NCBI GenBank assembly: GCA_902796255.1
Contig: CADBOP010000077.1
Location: 1-42,862 of the forward strand
Direction: 5' to 3'
Length of the DNA stretch: 42,862 nucleotides
Source: an uncultured Ruminococcus sp.
Lineage (GTDB): Bacteria > Bacillota > Clostridia > Oscillospirales > Ruminococcaceae
In this document: positions 41,117 through 42,862 of the stretch, one piece after another
Layout of the letters: each line of letters starts with the position of its first letter
Numbering within the stretch: the stretch's first letter is position 1
The notes under the pieces: generated by a model
Told to the model about the DNA's origin: nothing
The model's database searches: none
The model's input: the letters and a program-made list of their open reading frames with translations, nothing else
Translations under genes and position numbers: made by a program

Positions 41117-41821
41117 TTAACTCCAGCGTCTTTTCTCGAATACTCTCACAGTAAAGAAATTAAACAGCACTGCTGTACTCAGATAAAACAGCACACTGGA
41201 GAGATTGAAGATACCGCATGTAAACTCATAATATCTTGTATAAAAAGACAAATCATACAGCACGCTCTGAAGCCAGCCGATTTTTACAAACGATGCTACA
41301 ACATCAATCAGGAACAGCATTGCCAGACAAACAATACCACCGACTGCAGCGGCCACCTGATTTTCTGTCAGGGAAGAAACGAACAGCCCGATTGCAATAA
41401 AGGCCGCACCGACCAGCAACACAGCCAGATAATTAGAAATCAGTGTCAGCCATGCCACTGTGCCGAACAAGCTCAGTATCAGCCCATAAATAAACACAAT
41501 GCTGACAGCTATCACAAACATTGTCAGGGCTGCAAAATATTTTCCCAATACAATACCAGTCAGCGATACCGGAGCAGTCAGCAGCCCCTGTTCCGTTCTT
41601 TGTCTTTTCTCTTCACTGAACAGACGCATAGTCAGAATGGGTATCAAAAAAATACTGATAAAAAACAAAGTAGAAAACACACCGGACAAATTTGTCGAAC
41701 CGACTGCAATATTATCCAGCGAAAAAAACAAGCCTGAAAAAATATAGAATACTGCTAAAAAAATATACGCAATGCTTGACGAAAAAAATGCTCCGATTTC
41801 TCTGCGGTAAATAGCACCCAT
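41117..41821 (-). CDS. ABC-2 type permease (GldF-like), module B
   Basis: About 6 TM segments, the IPILTMRLFSEEKRQRT loop, and C-terminal EKRRWS as in module A. TAATG junction with the ATPase gene. Confidence 0.8.
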   Translation of the reverse strand: MGAIYRREIGAFFSSSIAYIFLAVFYIFSGLFFSLDNIAVGSTNLSGVFSTLFFISIFLIPILTMRLFSEEKRQRTEQGLLTAPVSLTGIVLGKYFAALTMFVIAVSIVFIYGLILSLFGTVAWLTLISNYLAVLLVGAAFIAIGLFVSSLTENQVAAAVGGIVCLAMLFLIDVVASFVKIGWLQSVLYDLSFYTRYYEFTCGIFNLSSVLFYLSTAVLFNFFTVRVFEKRRWS

Positions 41822-42792
41822 TATTTTCCGTCTCCTTTCTGATTCTGACTTAACTGGATATTCTCACCCATTGTAATTTTCAGGAAAATATCTTCCAGTG
41901 TCATTTCCATTGTTTTCAAAGTCAGAATATCCCATTCATGTTCTCTTGCAATCCGGTTAATATCCTTCCGAATATCCATACCGGGTTCAGCTTCGATTTC
42001 ATATTCATAGATACCTGGTTCTCTCTCCATATCTGCACGGACATATTTAATTCCGGGCAAGGCTCTGATGGCCTGAAGAATCTCCGCACGTTCGCCGTCA
42101 ATTCTTGCAATAATCCTATGGTCAGTCGTAACTTTATTTGACAAATTTGTTGCCGTATCATCTGCTGCAACAACGCCATGATTAATAATAATAACTCTGT
42201 CGCAGACGGCCTGAATTTCGCTCAGAATATGAGATGACAGAATTACAGTATGATTCTTTCCCAGTCTTTTAATCAATGTTCTGATTTCGACCATTTGTTT
42301 GGGGTCAAGGCCGACTGTAGGTTCATCCAGAATCAGCACAGGGGGATTACCGATTAAGGCCTGTGCCAGACCGACTCTCTGCTTATAGCCTTTGGATAAA
42401 TTTTTAATAATTCTGTTCTCGACATCTGCAATCTTGCAGAGTGTCAGCACATCTTTCAAATGTGACCTTCTGGGGAGTTTGCATTTTTTGAGGTCAAATA
42501 CAAAATTCAGATATGAATGCACCGTCATATCCACATACAACGGCGGTATTTCCGGCAGATAGCCGATATACGACTTGGCTTTTACAGGGTCTTCCAGAAT
42601 ATCCACGCCATTGATTAACGCCTGTCCGGAAGTAGAGGAAATATATCCTGTCAGCATATTCATAGTAGTTGACTTTCCTGCACCATTTGGCCCTAAAAAG
42701 CCTAAAATTTCACCGTCATGCACTGTAAAACTAATGTCATTGACGGCTTTTTTATCTCCATAATGTTTTGTCAGGTTTCTGACTTCAATCAT
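41821..42792 (-). CDS. ABC transporter ATP-binding protein (GldA-like), module B
   Basis: Walker A GPNGAGKSTT, LSKGYKQR, LILDEPTVGLD, SSHIL. AAGGAGAGGAG RBS upstream. Confidence 0.92.
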   Translation of the reverse strand: MIEVRNLTKHYGDKKAVNDISFTVHDGEILGFLGPNGAGKSTTMNMLTGYISSTSGQALINGVDILEDPVKAKSYIGYLPEIPPLYVDMTVHSYLNFVFDLKKCKLPRRSHLKDVLTLCKIADVENRIIKNLSKGYKQRVGLAQALIGNPPVLILDEPTVGLDPKQMVEIRTLIKRLGKNHTVILSSHILSEIQAVCDRVIIINHGVVAADDTATNLSNKVTTDHRIIARIDGERAEILQAIRALPGIKYVRADMEREPGIYEYEIEAEPGMDIRKDINRIAREHEWDILTLKTMEMTLEDIFLKITMGENIQLSQNQKGDGK

Positions 42793-42822
42793 GAGGAATT
42801 CTCCTCTCCTTATTATTTCTAA

Positions 42823-42850
42823 ATTCTACTATACTATAGCTATGTGTCAG
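42823..42850 (-). promoter_or_regulatory. Candidate promoter of ABC module B
   Basis: Minus strand reads CTGACA (42850..42845), a 16-nt spacer, then TAGAAT (42828..42823). Confidence 0.4.
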
Positions 42851-42862
42851 TTTTGTGACAGA

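Noticed and set aside
1-42862. Mobile elements, prophage, defence islands, RNA genes
   Set aside because: I found no integrase, transposase or recombinase motifs and no terminal inverted repeats. There are no tRNA-like or rRNA-like sequences. No intergenic gap exceeds about 430 nt. Gene content and spacing look like core chromosome.

Overview
Densely packed chromosomal segment of a low-GC Firmicute. It is probably a cellulolytic Ruminococcus/Oscillospiraceae; that is an inference from a dockerin-bearing GH48 exoglucanase and a dockerin-bearing papain-like protease. I call about 38 protein genes. I found no rRNA, tRNA, CRISPR array, transposase, integrase or prophage signature. Positions 1-27300 are mostly housekeeping: pgm, RNase M5-like, holA, comEC, a PRTase, HIT, alaS, maf, a 4-OT-like protein, dtd, a class B PBP, a divergent MraY-like transferase, ispE, an aminotransferase with an Lrp regulator, a PHP phosphatase, recD2-comFC-mreB-comEA-like, and LysR. 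A few orphan or unusual genes sit among them: a SUKH immunity-like gene, three small unknowns, and the dockerin protease. The most interesting part is 27364-42792. A very strongly signalled GH48 cellulosomal gene is followed by two diverged four-gene ABC modules (ATPase, ABC-2 permease, GldG-like, DUF4340-like). The two modules converge on a small island that encodes a membrane sensor with a degenerate GGDEF domain (VSDEF), an 86-aa orphan and a lipoprotein cyclophilin. I propose this as an uncharacterised envelope export or surface-assembly system. All family assignments rest on motifs I read in the translated ORFs; no database search was possible. Several ORF-track starts were moved to downstream starts that have a Shine-Dalgarno sequence.
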